A DNA stretch of 64,000 bases from Eledone cirrhosa (lineage: Eukaryota), in contig CAXHJY010001288.1 in NCBI GenBank assembly GCA_964016885.1, positions 1 to 64,000 on the forward strand. The letters run 5' to 3'. A model generated the notes under the pieces. The model ran no database searches and was not told the origin of the DNA. It saw only the letters and a program-made list of their open reading frames with translations. Below are positions 13,048 to 23,327 of the stretch, in pieces. Numbering within the stretch: position 1 is the first letter of the stretch; each line of letters opens with the position of its first letter. The translations under genes were made by a program, and so were the position numbers.

Positions 13048-13814
13048 GTTAGTTGCTGACCTTTAAATTCAACCCCTCTACAATAGAAATTATAAATTAT
13101 TTTGAAAGTATATCAGTTTGATTGCAGATGTGAGTTTAATTCTTGCCAATGCCACTGCCCCCTTTTTTGTCTTTAGGGGGTTTATATGCCAAAGTTGTTT
13201 GATTATTTTATAGTCAAACCTCTGTTGTAGTAGTTTCTTATAAGCTAACATGCATTCATCATCATCATCATCATCATCATCATCGTTTAACATCCATCTT
13301 CCATGCTAGCATGCGTAGGACTTTAGAAATACAAATTTTCTCAACCCTTTATGTAACTATTATTTCTTTATTTATTGAATAAATTGATTGAAAGATAAGG
13401 CTTAAAAATGATTGAAAGATAAGGCTTAAAAATGATGGATAAAAGAGTCAGTTTCACTTTTGTGTAATGGTAACACTGCCGTCCAGCATACAGCAGATGT
13501 GAGTTTGGTTCCCATACGTGCTTCTGTCCACTTGTTTCTGTATCTAGAGGTTTATATGCCCAAATTATTCGACTATTTTATAATCAAGCCTGAGTTGTGA
13601 CAGCATACTAAAAGCTAACATACTTTAAATATTCAAATTTGCTCAATGCTTTGTAAAACTATTGTTTCGTTATAAATTATTTATTTTACTGCTTTCATAA
13701 TGAACTGCTGAATTGCAGGACATAGACAAATGTTTTTGACTGCCCATGTGGTGTCAATGTGAAGACACATGCGGGGAGACACACACACTCATAAACACAG
13801 TTTTCCCATGCTGT

Positions 13815-16262
13815 CATCATCATCATCATCATCATCACCGTTTTACGTCCGTTCTTCCACGCTAGCATGGGTTAGATGGGTTGTCCTGAGGTGGGCAGTG
13901 TCTGGTCGGCTGACCATGCCTTGCTCATACAGGAACTGATTTGGCTTGATTTCTACAGCTGGATGCCCTTCCTAACACCAACCTCATTTACAGTGAGTGC
14001 TGGGTGCTTTTTCGTGGCGCCTACACGTCCACTTTACAGTGTGGGCTGGGTGCTTTTTTGCCGTGGCACCTCCACGACCACCTTGCGGTGGGGGGTGTGG
14101 GGGCATATTGGCTATATGCTTCAGCTTGTACCCATGGGAGGTCGGGTACTCTGTATTACTGCGTGACGCCAGAAGTCACGGTCGTGTGTCATTGCCTTTG
14201 AGAGGTGTAATTGGGTAAGGTCGGCTTTTATCACCTCATCCCAGGTCATCTTGGGTCTCCCTACTCCGCGGTTTCCATCAACTTCTAGTGCTCTGCACCT
14301 TTTTATGCAGCTGTCATCCTTCATACGCATCACATGTCCATACCAGCGCAACCGCCTCTCCTGCACACAGCATTTGATTCCTCTTATGCTCAGTCTCTCT
14401 CTCAATTCATTTATGCTTTGTCATTCACGTATATTACTGTTACACATCCATCGGAGCATGCGGGCTTCGTTTCTCTCTAATCTACGTAAGTCTTCCACCT
14501 TCAGCGCCCAGGTCTCACTACCATGCAACATTGCTGTTCGGATACACGCATCATACAGTCTGCCTTTCATTCTGAGGGAGAAGCCTTTTGCAGCTAGCAG
14601 TGGTAGTAGTTCCCTAAACTTCTTCCATCCCGTTCTTACCCTAGTTATTGTACTTTCTGAACACCCACCTCCGCTGCTAATTCGGTCACCTAGGTAGCAG
14701 AAGCTGTCCACTGTTTCTACAGAGCCCTCCCAGAGATTGGTGGTACTTGTTTCCTGTGGCTGTTTGTTGCTTGCTGTCTCAGCACAGCTGCTGCATGTGA
14801 AGCCTACATTCTTAATTAAGCTTCCTGAGATCCCGCTACATCTCTTGTGTACCCATTGTTTGCATTTGGGGCAGAGAATGGAGTTCCTACCTACACCTTT
14901 CCTACATACTGAGCAAGGCCATTTCCCTGAGGGGATCTGGGTTCTGTTTTCTCGTCTACTTACAAGGACCCTAGTCTTTGTCATGTTGACTTTGAGACCC
15001 TTTCTTTCTAGTCCCTGCTTCCAAGTTTGGAATTTATTCTCTAGTTCTACCATAGATTCAGCTATGAGTGCGAGGTCATCAGCATACAGGAGTTCCCATG
15101 AGCATCCGGTCTTAAACTCCTCCGTTATTGCCTGCAGGACTATGATGAACAGGAGGGGGCTAAGAACAGAGCCCTGGTGGACCCCAACCTGTACGCTAAA
15201 TTCCTTGCTATACTCATTGCTAATCCTAACTTTGCTGACTGCTCCCCTATACATGGCTTGTACCGCTTTCACAAGCCATTCATCTACTCCTAGTCTTCTA
15301 AGAGCCCACCAGATTACAGCACGTGGAACTCTGTCAAAGGCTTTCTCAAGGTCGACAAATGCCAAGTAGAGTGGCTTACTTTTAGCTAGGTACTTTTCCT
15401 GTAATTGCCTCACAAGGAAGAGGGCATCAGTGGTGCCTCTTCCTGGTACAAACCCAAATTGCATCTCGTCTATTTTCACCCGGTCCCTAATCAACTGTGC
15501 TATAACTCTTTCTGTTACTTTCATGACCTGGTCCATCAACTTTATACCTCTATAGTTTCCTCTATCTAGTGCATCGCCTTTACCTTTGTAGCAGTTGACA
15601 ATGATGCTACTGCACCAATCTTTTGGTATGACACCTTCTAGTATTACCTGGTTAACAATACGTGTGGTTATAGTGTGACCTACAGACCCAGATGCCTTCA
15701 GCATCTCGGCAGCTATACCCGATGGACCGGTTGCCTTCCCCATCTTCATATCTTTGATTGCCTTACTTACTACGTTGCTGCTGACTTGTACTGCTGGCCC
15801 CTCTATAGGGTCTACTTGGGGTAGGGTCTCTTCTTCCCATGCATTCTCCTCATTTAGTAATCTATCATAATGACTCTTCCATGCATCTTTCTTCTCAGCA
15901 CTTGTGAGGGCAAGCTCACCTTTATCATTCCGGATACACTTCTCTCCAATGACATCACAACTATCTCTGACACACTGCCTCGCAATCTTGAATACCTCCT
16001 GTTTCTGGTCCTCACGTTGCAAAACATGCTTGAATTTTCTATCCTCTGCTTCCCTACTAGCTAAGTATACTTGTCGCCTAGCTTCCCTCTTGGTCTCTAT
16101 GTAATGTACCCTGCTCCCCCCGTTTTTCCATTCTTTCCATGCCTGTCTCTTGGCCTTAACTGCTTCATCTACCTTATGTTCCACCACCAAGTCACTCTCC
16201 TCCTGCTTGAGGTCTTACTCCAGCCACAGACCTCATCCGTCGCCTCTAGTAAATTATTTTGC
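13815..16262 (-). mobile_element. 5'-truncated RTE-clade LINE with 3'UTR and (GAT)n tail
   Basis: TWWWN, NYRGIKL, QFGF, AFVDLEKAFDRV, QGSVLSP, LLYADD, YLG and RRLRWYGHV..GRPKMTW motifs. (CAT)n on + strand at 13815-13837. Confidence 0.93.
14121..16190 (-). pseudogene. RTE reverse transcriptase ORF, disabled
   Basis: ORFs 14421-16190 and 14121-14405 are in the same frame, separated by one TGA at 14423-14421 (probably CGA>TGA). A 1-bp frameshift lies just after TWWWN at about 16178. The endonuclease domain is absent. Confidence 0.88.
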
Positions 16263-17003
16263 GTTGAACAAGTTATTTTAGACCAAATTAGCAATTACTT
16301 TGGAACTAGTGTCTTCTTTAATAAATCAGGTGATCATGTTTAACTCTGTATCTTCCATTTTTGACATGGTTTCTATGGCTGGAAGCCTTTTGTAACACCA
16401 ACCACATGCTTTCATAATTCCCATCTACCAAATTCACTCACAAGGTATTGGTTGGTCCAAGGTTATAGCAGAAAACACTTGCCTAAGATGCCACACAGTG
16501 ATAGAGGAATATGACTCGTACAGGCTTGCCCCTTATCTCCCTTTGTTGTGGAACTCTTCTTTGACCAAACCCGCAACTACATGCTTTAGAAGTGAATATC
16601 TAAATTGGCTTTCTACCAATGTCAGAAACTGTTATTTACTAAATGTACTTTTTATTACATAACATATTCTACCAATGTAAGAAACTGAAGACAACTTGCT
16701 AAAAATTCAGGAGGTCTCTTCAGTTGTGTCAATGTCATGCACTCAATACACTCTGTAAAGTGGCTGGTGATAGGAAGGGCATTCAGCCGTAGAAAACCTT
16801 CCAAACGAAGGGTCAGAAAAACTCTTCAGTCATGTCAAAGACATGACGACTTCCCTAGTGTTGGTGTAATGATAAGAGTGTGGGATTGTATGTCAAGTCT
16901 CCTGGCCCATCTGGAAGTCAGAGGCTTCATTTGAATACTGAATGTTAAACAAATCTATGTGTTTGTTACATAACCTATTCATTTATATTTTCCCCCTTTT
17001 CAG

Positions 17004-17072
17004 CTTGGTCTGCCTATCTCCTGTATCAGCACAGTTCCTTGTAACACAGCCTCTGCATCTAACAGTAAAATG
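17004..17072 (+). CDS. PDXDC1: PDXDC1 exon (LGLPISCISTVPCNTASASNSKM)
   Basis: cttttcag| acceptor and |gtaaga donor. Matches recalled LGLPFPCLCRVPCNT...QM. Confidence 0.92.
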
Positions 17073-17241
17073 GTAAGATATTCTTGTCAGTTTCATTTCT
17101 TAATTAATCCTTTCATCTTTCATTCTTCCCCTTTTTGTTTTCCTTTTCTGTAACATTTAAAATTTTTTTTTTTTTTTTTTACTTTCCTTTTATTAGTATT
17201 ATTTTTTAAATAGAAATATATCTGGAATAAATTTTCTAGAT

Positions 17242-17641
17242 ATACGATGGCTGGAGAGAAATGAAGCAAGCATGCTCCGTTGGATGTGTAATGTCAGTGT
17301 ACATGAATGACCAAGCATGGATGAGTTGAGAGAGAAACTGTGTATAAGAGTGATATATTGTAGTGTGCGGGAGCGAAGACTGCGATGGTATGGACATGTG
17401 ATGCACATGGAGGATGACCGTTGGGTAAAGAAGTGTCAAGAAATGCCAGTAGAAGGAAGACGCAGTAGAGAAAGACCACAAAAAACATGGGCGGAGGTGG
17501 TGAGAGCGGACCCTCAGATTGCTGAAGCTCACGGAGGAGATGACGAAGGACTGTGACAGGTGGAGAGATGCTGTGCTGAATAGGGCCTGTCCCACCCTTG
17601 CAAGCAGGGAAAAGCGGATGTAAAATGATGATGATGATGAT
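17242..17641 (+). mobile_element. RTE LINE 3' fragment (second subfamily)
   Basis: RRLRWYGHVMHMEDDRWVKKC...RPQKTW motif and a short 3'UTR ending cttgcaagcagggaaaagcggatgtaaaa(tga)n. Confidence 0.88.
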
Positions 17642-19134
17642 AAATGCATCCAGTTCACTCTATAAAGTGGTCGGTGATAAGAAGGGCACCCAGCAATAGA
17701 AAACTTGCCAAACAAAAGGTAGAGAGGACTTTTCAGTTGTGTCAAAGACATAACTACCCCCCTCTTATGTTAATGCCATGATAAACTGTGCCCAGTACAC
17801 TCTGTATAGAGTGGATGGGGTCCCAGCCCATCTGAGAGATCAATAACTCCAATTACATACTGACCTGGTCTGTGACAACCTGTCCAACTTTTGCTAGCTG
17901 GGAAAATGGATGCTAAATGGTGATGTTGATAATATTTAAATTGATGCAGGGTGAAGGTACATAGAAAAATGATTTATTATAGACCTTTTTAACCATTGTC
18001 ATTGAAACCTGCAATAAACCAATGCTAATATTTATAATTGTGATATATATCTATACACACACACACACAAACACCCATTGTTAGGGATCAGATAGTGTTG
18101 GATTCAATTTTTAGAAATATGTAGAATTATTTTGGAATAAATTGTGAAATGGTCAAAACGTTTGAACTCTTGGTTTTGCTTAACTCAAACAAAATTTTGT
18201 CAATATGCCATGTGTATCCTGGTTTTTAGAAAAGGTATACCGTATCCATGGCTGTCATAAGAGGTGACTTACAGTGTTGGAATCAGGAACGGCGTCTGGC
18301 TATGAAACATTGTCTTAACACATAAGGGAGTTAACATGGCGACAAGGAAGGTCGCTTGACCACGTCTTGACCGAACAAAATATAATATTTTCACCAAAAA
18401 CTGCCCTTTAAACACATGTCAGATGGATTACAATATTCATTATCACAATTACTTTCACTGTTCCCTGACAACTAGTACCAGTTTCAAGATAGAATTATTT
18501 TAACGAAGTATATATAATTTGACTTGATTTTCACCAACAAACCACGTGTGGACATGGACGGGGAAAAAAGGAAAAAAAAACAAAACAAATCACTACGTCC
18601 CTTAAGGATCGCAGTAAGTACTCCACAAAACATATAAACAACAATATACACACAGATTTATATACAGATACATACCATATGCATATACACACACGTGAAA
18701 AGAAACCACACTATTTCGTGTGAGACACTATACCGGCCAATTTTACCAATTTACATTGGTAAAATATTTCTTAACATTGACCTCGCTTCTAACCCACATA
18801 CACCTTTTAATTATATATATATACTAGCAGCTGAAAGTTAATAATTTGGAAAAAAAAATATTATTGAAAGTTTACTATAAAGAAGCAGTATCAGGGGAAA
18901 AAAAAACAAAAAAAAACCTTATTTCGCTGTTAATAAACAACTGCCTTCTACAGTACGTTTCATTTAACTTACGCAGCATATTTATTTGTTTACATGTAAT
19001 GTAATTCAGACTCTTCTGTACACACACAACATTTAGGAAAACGGAAACAAAATACACAAAAAAACAGACATTTTATTTCTATCGTAATCAAGTGCGCTAA
19101 ACCTATATTGTTTACATTCTGTGTTTTTCTACGG

Positions 19135-20505
19135 ATGGGTAGAAATAACAAAATTGCCATGGTGATATCCATCGATGAAATATACGACAAAACCGGCCGA
19201 TGTCCCAAGATAGAACATTGCCCAGAAAATCACATCTGCCATATCTGTGCGGAACCCGAAAACTCGTTCCGTAATCGCTGGGTCGAATGTGGAACCTGTC
19301 GCATCTCTGTCTGCCTTCAATGCGCCACAGGCTTCCGGAGGATCCCAGGCCAAAAAAAGAGACATCATAATGCTATGATGGATGGAATATGGGAGATGGT
19401 CCAGCTAAAATCCTGGTCCTTTCAGTGTCTGGCCTGTGTGCCTGCCTCCACGAATGTTATTAATGTTATTGAAAAACAACAACAACAACAAAAACCAATG
19501 ACTGTGTCTTCCTCTACCATTGTTACTGAACAACGGCAAAAACCCATGACACTGGCTTCTACTGTTATTCCTGTGGGAGAACATCAGAAACAACAACAAC
19601 CCATGTCTTCCACTCCCAGTACATCTCGACACCAACAACTGGTGACTGTGTCTTCCCCTACCATTCCCGTGGAGGAACATCATCATCACCAACAACAACA
19701 ACAGCAACAACCTGCGACTGTGTCCTCCCCTGCCATTCCCGTGGAGGAACATCATCATCACCAACAACAGCAACAACCTGCGACTGTGTCCTCCCCTGCC
19801 ATTCCCGTGGAGGAACATCATCATCACCAACAACGACAGCAGCAGCAGCAGCAACAACAACAACAACAACAACCGACCAGTACAGATTTTGCGGAACTGC
19901 AACTAATGATTTCTGCTCTGAGAAGGGAAGTTGCAGGAATAGAGGCAAGCATTCGGGTAGGACCCCACAATGAGGGGTCTTATCGGAATGCCTTGCTAAA
20001 GAATCTCCCTGTACCTCTTGCTGGAAAGACTGAAAAGACTGCGGAATCTGCTACCCATGAAGTGATTGCCATTGGGGTACCAGAGGACAAGGCTGATCTT
20101 CAGGCATTTGCTGCGAGCTCAGCCAAAGACCTAGGCTGTGTTCCCCCAAAGGGTGCCCTCCGCCTTGGTCGACCTGGTCCAAAACCCAGACTCATCAGGC
20201 TGTCTTTCTCGGACCCCGCAGAGGCAACCTCATATCATCTGGCCTCTGCTAAAGCTGGGCGTGAAAATCGGATTACCTTCCGAACACGCCCAGGCCTACC
20301 ACCCCATGTACGTCCAAAACTACGTGCTGCAGCTTCCTTGAATCGGAACTCAGCACAAGATGAAAGTTTCAGTCTGCGTGATGATGGGCAGATCTGGAGG
20401 TTTGTCAAGGCTGGTGAAACGTGGAAGAGAGATACCAGCTGGTCTGAGTGTGATCTACCCGCAATAACTGGCAATGTAAAAACTGCTACAACTCTGGGAA
20501 ACTAA
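19135..20505 (+). CDS. LINE ORF1p: PHD-type Zn finger, Gln/His-rich repeats, coiled coil, RRM-like C-terminal region
   Basis: CHIC...WVECGTC...CLQC...FQCLAC cysteine pattern, LQLMISALRREVAGIE helix, and VIAIGVPE...RLGRPGPKPRLIRLSF motifs typical of CR1/L2 ORF1. First ATG at 19135. Confidence 0.85.
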   Translation: MGRNNKIAMVISIDEIYDKTGRCPKIEHCPENHICHICAEPENSFRNRWVECGTCRISVCLQCATGFRRIPGQKKRHHNAMMDGIWEMVQLKSWSFQCLACVPASTNVINVIEKQQQQQKPMTVSSSTIVTEQRQKPMTLASTVIPVGEHQKQQQPMSSTPSTSRHQQLVTVSSPTIPVEEHHHHQQQQQQQPATVSSPAIPVEEHHHHQQQQQPATVSSPAIPVEEHHHHQQRQQQQQQQQQQQQPTSTDFAELQLMISALRREVAGIEASIRVGPHNEGSYRNALLKNLPVPLAGKTEKTAESATHEVIAIGVPEDKADLQAFAASSAKDLGCVPPKGALRLGRPGPKPRLIRLSFSDPAEATSYHLASAKAGRENRITFRTRPGLPPHVRPKLRAAASLNRNSAQDESFSLRDDGQIWRFVKAGETWKRDTSWSECDLPAITGNVKTATTLGN

Positions 20506-20561
20506 ACCAGAACAACCTGCCACCCTCTACACACCATCATAAACTGCGAGCAGGGTACAAA

Positions 20562-23327
20562 TTGTTGTCATTAAATGCTCGCAGTTTATGCAACAAGATA
20601 CATCTGTTCGAATCCTACGTCAGAAGCATCGACCCTGACTTCATCACAGTCACGGAAACATGGGCACATTCCTTACTCTGTGATGGGGTTTTCACCATTA
20701 CTGGGTACAACCTTTTCCGCAAGGACCGCATTAACCGCCGTGGTGGTGGTGTGATGGTCTACGTTCGTTCAAACTTTTCGGTAATTCCTTGCGTTGATTT
20801 GAACGAATCACAGGAAGAAGTTTTTTTCTGTGACATACGTATGACCATGTCAACACTTCTGCTTGGTGTTGTTTATCGACCCCCAAGCTACCATCAGGAC
20901 ACACAGCTTTGCGATATCCTCAGAGTTGCTGCCAAGAAAACAGCCACTTATGTGTTTATTGCAGGTGACTTCAATCATCCTGAGATCGATTGGGAAACCT
21001 TTCGTTGGCCACAGGGTGCAAACGATTTCCTTGAACTAGTGCTGGACTCAAACTGGTCACAAGTAGTCACCTCTCCAACAAGAGGTGACAACACTTTGGA
21101 CCTGATCTTCACCACTACTCCTGAAGTGGTTATCAGTTGTACTACTGAGGAACCTCTAGGCGACTCTGATCATGCTATGATCATTGCCAATCTGGCACTT
21201 GAGGGCAGCAACAAAAACCAGGGCCATCTCCAATCTGCTTGCTTTGATTGGAAGAGGGCGGATTGGAACTTGTACTGCACTGAGCTACAGCGCCCAAACT
21301 GGCATGAGATGTATAACTCTGGAGATGTGAACTCTATACTCCAGAGCATCCTGGACTCAATATGGATAGCGTGTGCAGCATCAGTGCCACGGAAGCAGAA
21401 AAATAACCACCCCAAAAGTGCAATCTGGGAAACTTCAGCGGTCCGACTTGCCAGGAAAGAACGTCGGAACGCTGAACGGGAATATAAACTGCATAGATCA
21501 GATGCCAACAGAAAAAAGCGGAATAAATCTTCTAACCATCTCAAGCAAGTGACAAAGAAGGCAGTGCTTGAATTTGAACAGTGCATCGCAACCAATCCTG
21601 ACAGTAAGGTGTTCTGGAAATATGTTCATTCAAAGCAGAGACCTCACTCTCCAGTTGGTCCTCTTCGCAATCCCCACACAAGCCAGATCACTGACGATCC
21701 CAAGGAATGCGCAGAACTCATTGCTGAGTGCTATGCAAGTATTTTTACTGTTGAAGACCAGAATGTACCATCTCCACCATCTCTAACATCAAATTCCATA
21801 ACAACTATGGAATTTACACCTGCAATGTTGCGACGTCACCTTAAGAATAAGCACAACTATGCCTCCCCTGGTCTTGATGGTGTGACATACCTGCTTCTCA
21901 AACGTGGCGGGGATTTCCTTTTGCGCCAGCTTTCTTTTTTCTTTCAATACTGTCTCAACAATGGTGCTACTCCGGAGCAGTGGAAAACTGCTAGTGTCAT
22001 TCCCCTGTTCAAAAAGGGCAACCGCATGTCACCTGTCAACTATCGTCCAGTCAGTCTTACTAGCTGTATGGCCAAACTGATGGAATCCTGTGTCAGAGAA
22101 ACACTTTGGAACTTCTGGAGCTCTCACAGCCTCATCCGGCCCTCACAGTTTGGATTTATCCCTAACTCCAGCTGCTGTGATCAGCTTATCGAGTTTCTTG
22201 AGGACATCACCCGGATCACTGACAGCGGCTCATGGGTGGATGTTGTTTACCTTGACTTTGCTAAGGCTTTTAACTCTGTGCCACACAAAAGACTTATGGC
22301 AAAACTCTCTGCAATGGGTGTGAGGGATGATCTTTTCGACGGGCTGAAATCCTTCATTCTCAGCCAAAAGGAAGTAGTCATGGTTCTAGGACAGCATTCT
22401 TCACCATATGAGATGTCATCTGGTGTACCACAGGGATCTGTTCTTGGTCCTCTTTTGTTTGTGGCATATATTAATGACATAGATGCCAACTTACAGAATG
22501 CCACGGTACTAAAATATGCAGATGACATCAAGCTGTACCTTGAAATCAAAAGGACTGATCCTGAAATTTACAACTCTTTCCTACAATCAGACCTGGACAC
22601 AATGCAGCAATGGATCACAGACTGGCAACTGAAGCTGGCTGTGGACAAGTGTACCACCATGCATTTTGGAAGGAAAAATCCAGCGTCCACATACTCCCTC
22701 CACAACACTGACATCAAAAAGTCCTCTTGTGAACGTGACCTGGGCATTACTGTCAGCAACGATTTGCGTTGGACAAAGCATGTCTCTAAGATTGTCAAGA
22801 AGGCCGAGGGTGTCTTGGCATCACTCAGCAAGACCTTTGTTAGCCGCTCTCCAGCCATCTATTTAAAACTGTATACAGCTATGGTGCGACCACACTTGGA
22901 ATTCGCATCATCAGTCTGGAACCCCTATCTTGCTCGGAACATTGACCTCCTGGAAACTGTTCAGAGACGTGCAACCAAGCGCATACCCTCCATCAGACAC
23001 CTACCATACTCTGAACGCCTTGCTTCCCTGGGCATGGATTCATTGAAGCTCCGACGTCTGGCAATGGACTTGGTGAATACCCACAAAGTTTTTAACCATC
23101 TCGCCAACTGCAACCCTGAGCGCCTCTTTGATCTCCATGTGTCTAACACACGTGGACATGACTACAAGATAAGAAAACAGCACAGCTCCCATGACTTTCG
23201 CAGACATTTTTTCACGCTCAGAGTTGCTGAAGCATGGAACAAACTGCCTGCGTCAATTGTTAGCTGCCGAGACACTGCATCCTTTAAGACACTCATGCTT
23301 CCCAAAATACGCCAAAACTACACCTGA
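20562..23327 (+). CDS. LINE ORF2p: APE endonuclease + reverse transcriptase (no AUG start, frame open from 20454)
   Basis: Endonuclease motifs LNARS, ITVTETW, GDFN, LDLIF, SDH. RT motifs NYRPVSLTS, QFGF, YLDFAKAF, GVPQGSVLGP, YADD, DLG. 921 uninterrupted codons. Confidence 0.95.
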   Translation: MLSLNARSLCNKIHLFESYVRSIDPDFITVTETWAHSLLCDGVFTITGYNLFRKDRINRRGGGVMVYVRSNFSVIPCVDLNESQEEVFFCDIRMTMSTLLLGVVYRPPSYHQDTQLCDILRVAAKKTATYVFIAGDFNHPEIDWETFRWPQGANDFLELVLDSNWSQVVTSPTRGDNTLDLIFTTTPEVVISCTTEEPLGDSDHAMIIANLALEGSNKNQGHLQSACFDWKRADWNLYCTELQRPNWHEMYNSGDVNSILQSILDSIWIACAASVPRKQKNNHPKSAIWETSAVRLARKERRNAEREYKLHRSDANRKKRNKSSNHLKQVTKKAVLEFEQCIATNPDSKVFWKYVHSKQRPHSPVGPLRNPHTSQITDDPKECAELIAECYASIFTVEDQNVPSPPSLTSNSITTMEFTPAMLRRHLKNKHNYASPGLDGVTYLLLKRGGDFLLRQLSFFFQYCLNNGATPEQWKTASVIPLFKKGNRMSPVNYRPVSLTSCMAKLMESCVRETLWNFWSSHSLIRPSQFGFIPNSSCCDQLIEFLEDITRITDSGSWVDVVYLDFAKAFNSVPHKRLMAKLSAMGVRDDLFDGLKSFILSQKEVVMVLGQHSSPYEMSSGVPQGSVLGPLLFVAYINDIDANLQNATVLKYADDIKLYLEIKRTDPEIYNSFLQSDLDTMQQWITDWQLKLAVDKCTTMHFGRKNPASTYSLHNTDIKKSSCERDLGITVSNDLRWTKHVSKIVKKAEGVLASLSKTFVSRSPAIYLKLYTAMVRPHLEFASSVWNPYLARNIDLLETVQRRATKRIPSIRHLPYSERLASLGMDSLKLRRLAMDLVNTHKVFNHLANCNPERLFDLHVSNTRGHDYKIRKQHSSHDFRRHFFTLRVAEAWNKLPASIVSCRDTASFKTLMLPKIRQNYT

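Noticed and set aside
14421-14423. Programmed TGA readthrough or selenocysteine in the RTE ORF
   Set aside because: The copy is 5'-truncated and has a frameshift. The TGA is most simply CpG decay of an Arg codon.
14251-15369. + strand ORFs of 148 and 210 aa
   Set aside because: Antisense shadows of the RTE RT coding sequence.
19129-23149. Minus-strand and alternate-frame ORFs over the LINE (poly-Leu/Val etc.)
   Set aside because: Shadows of ORF1/ORF2 and their CAA/CAG repeats, with no independent motifs.
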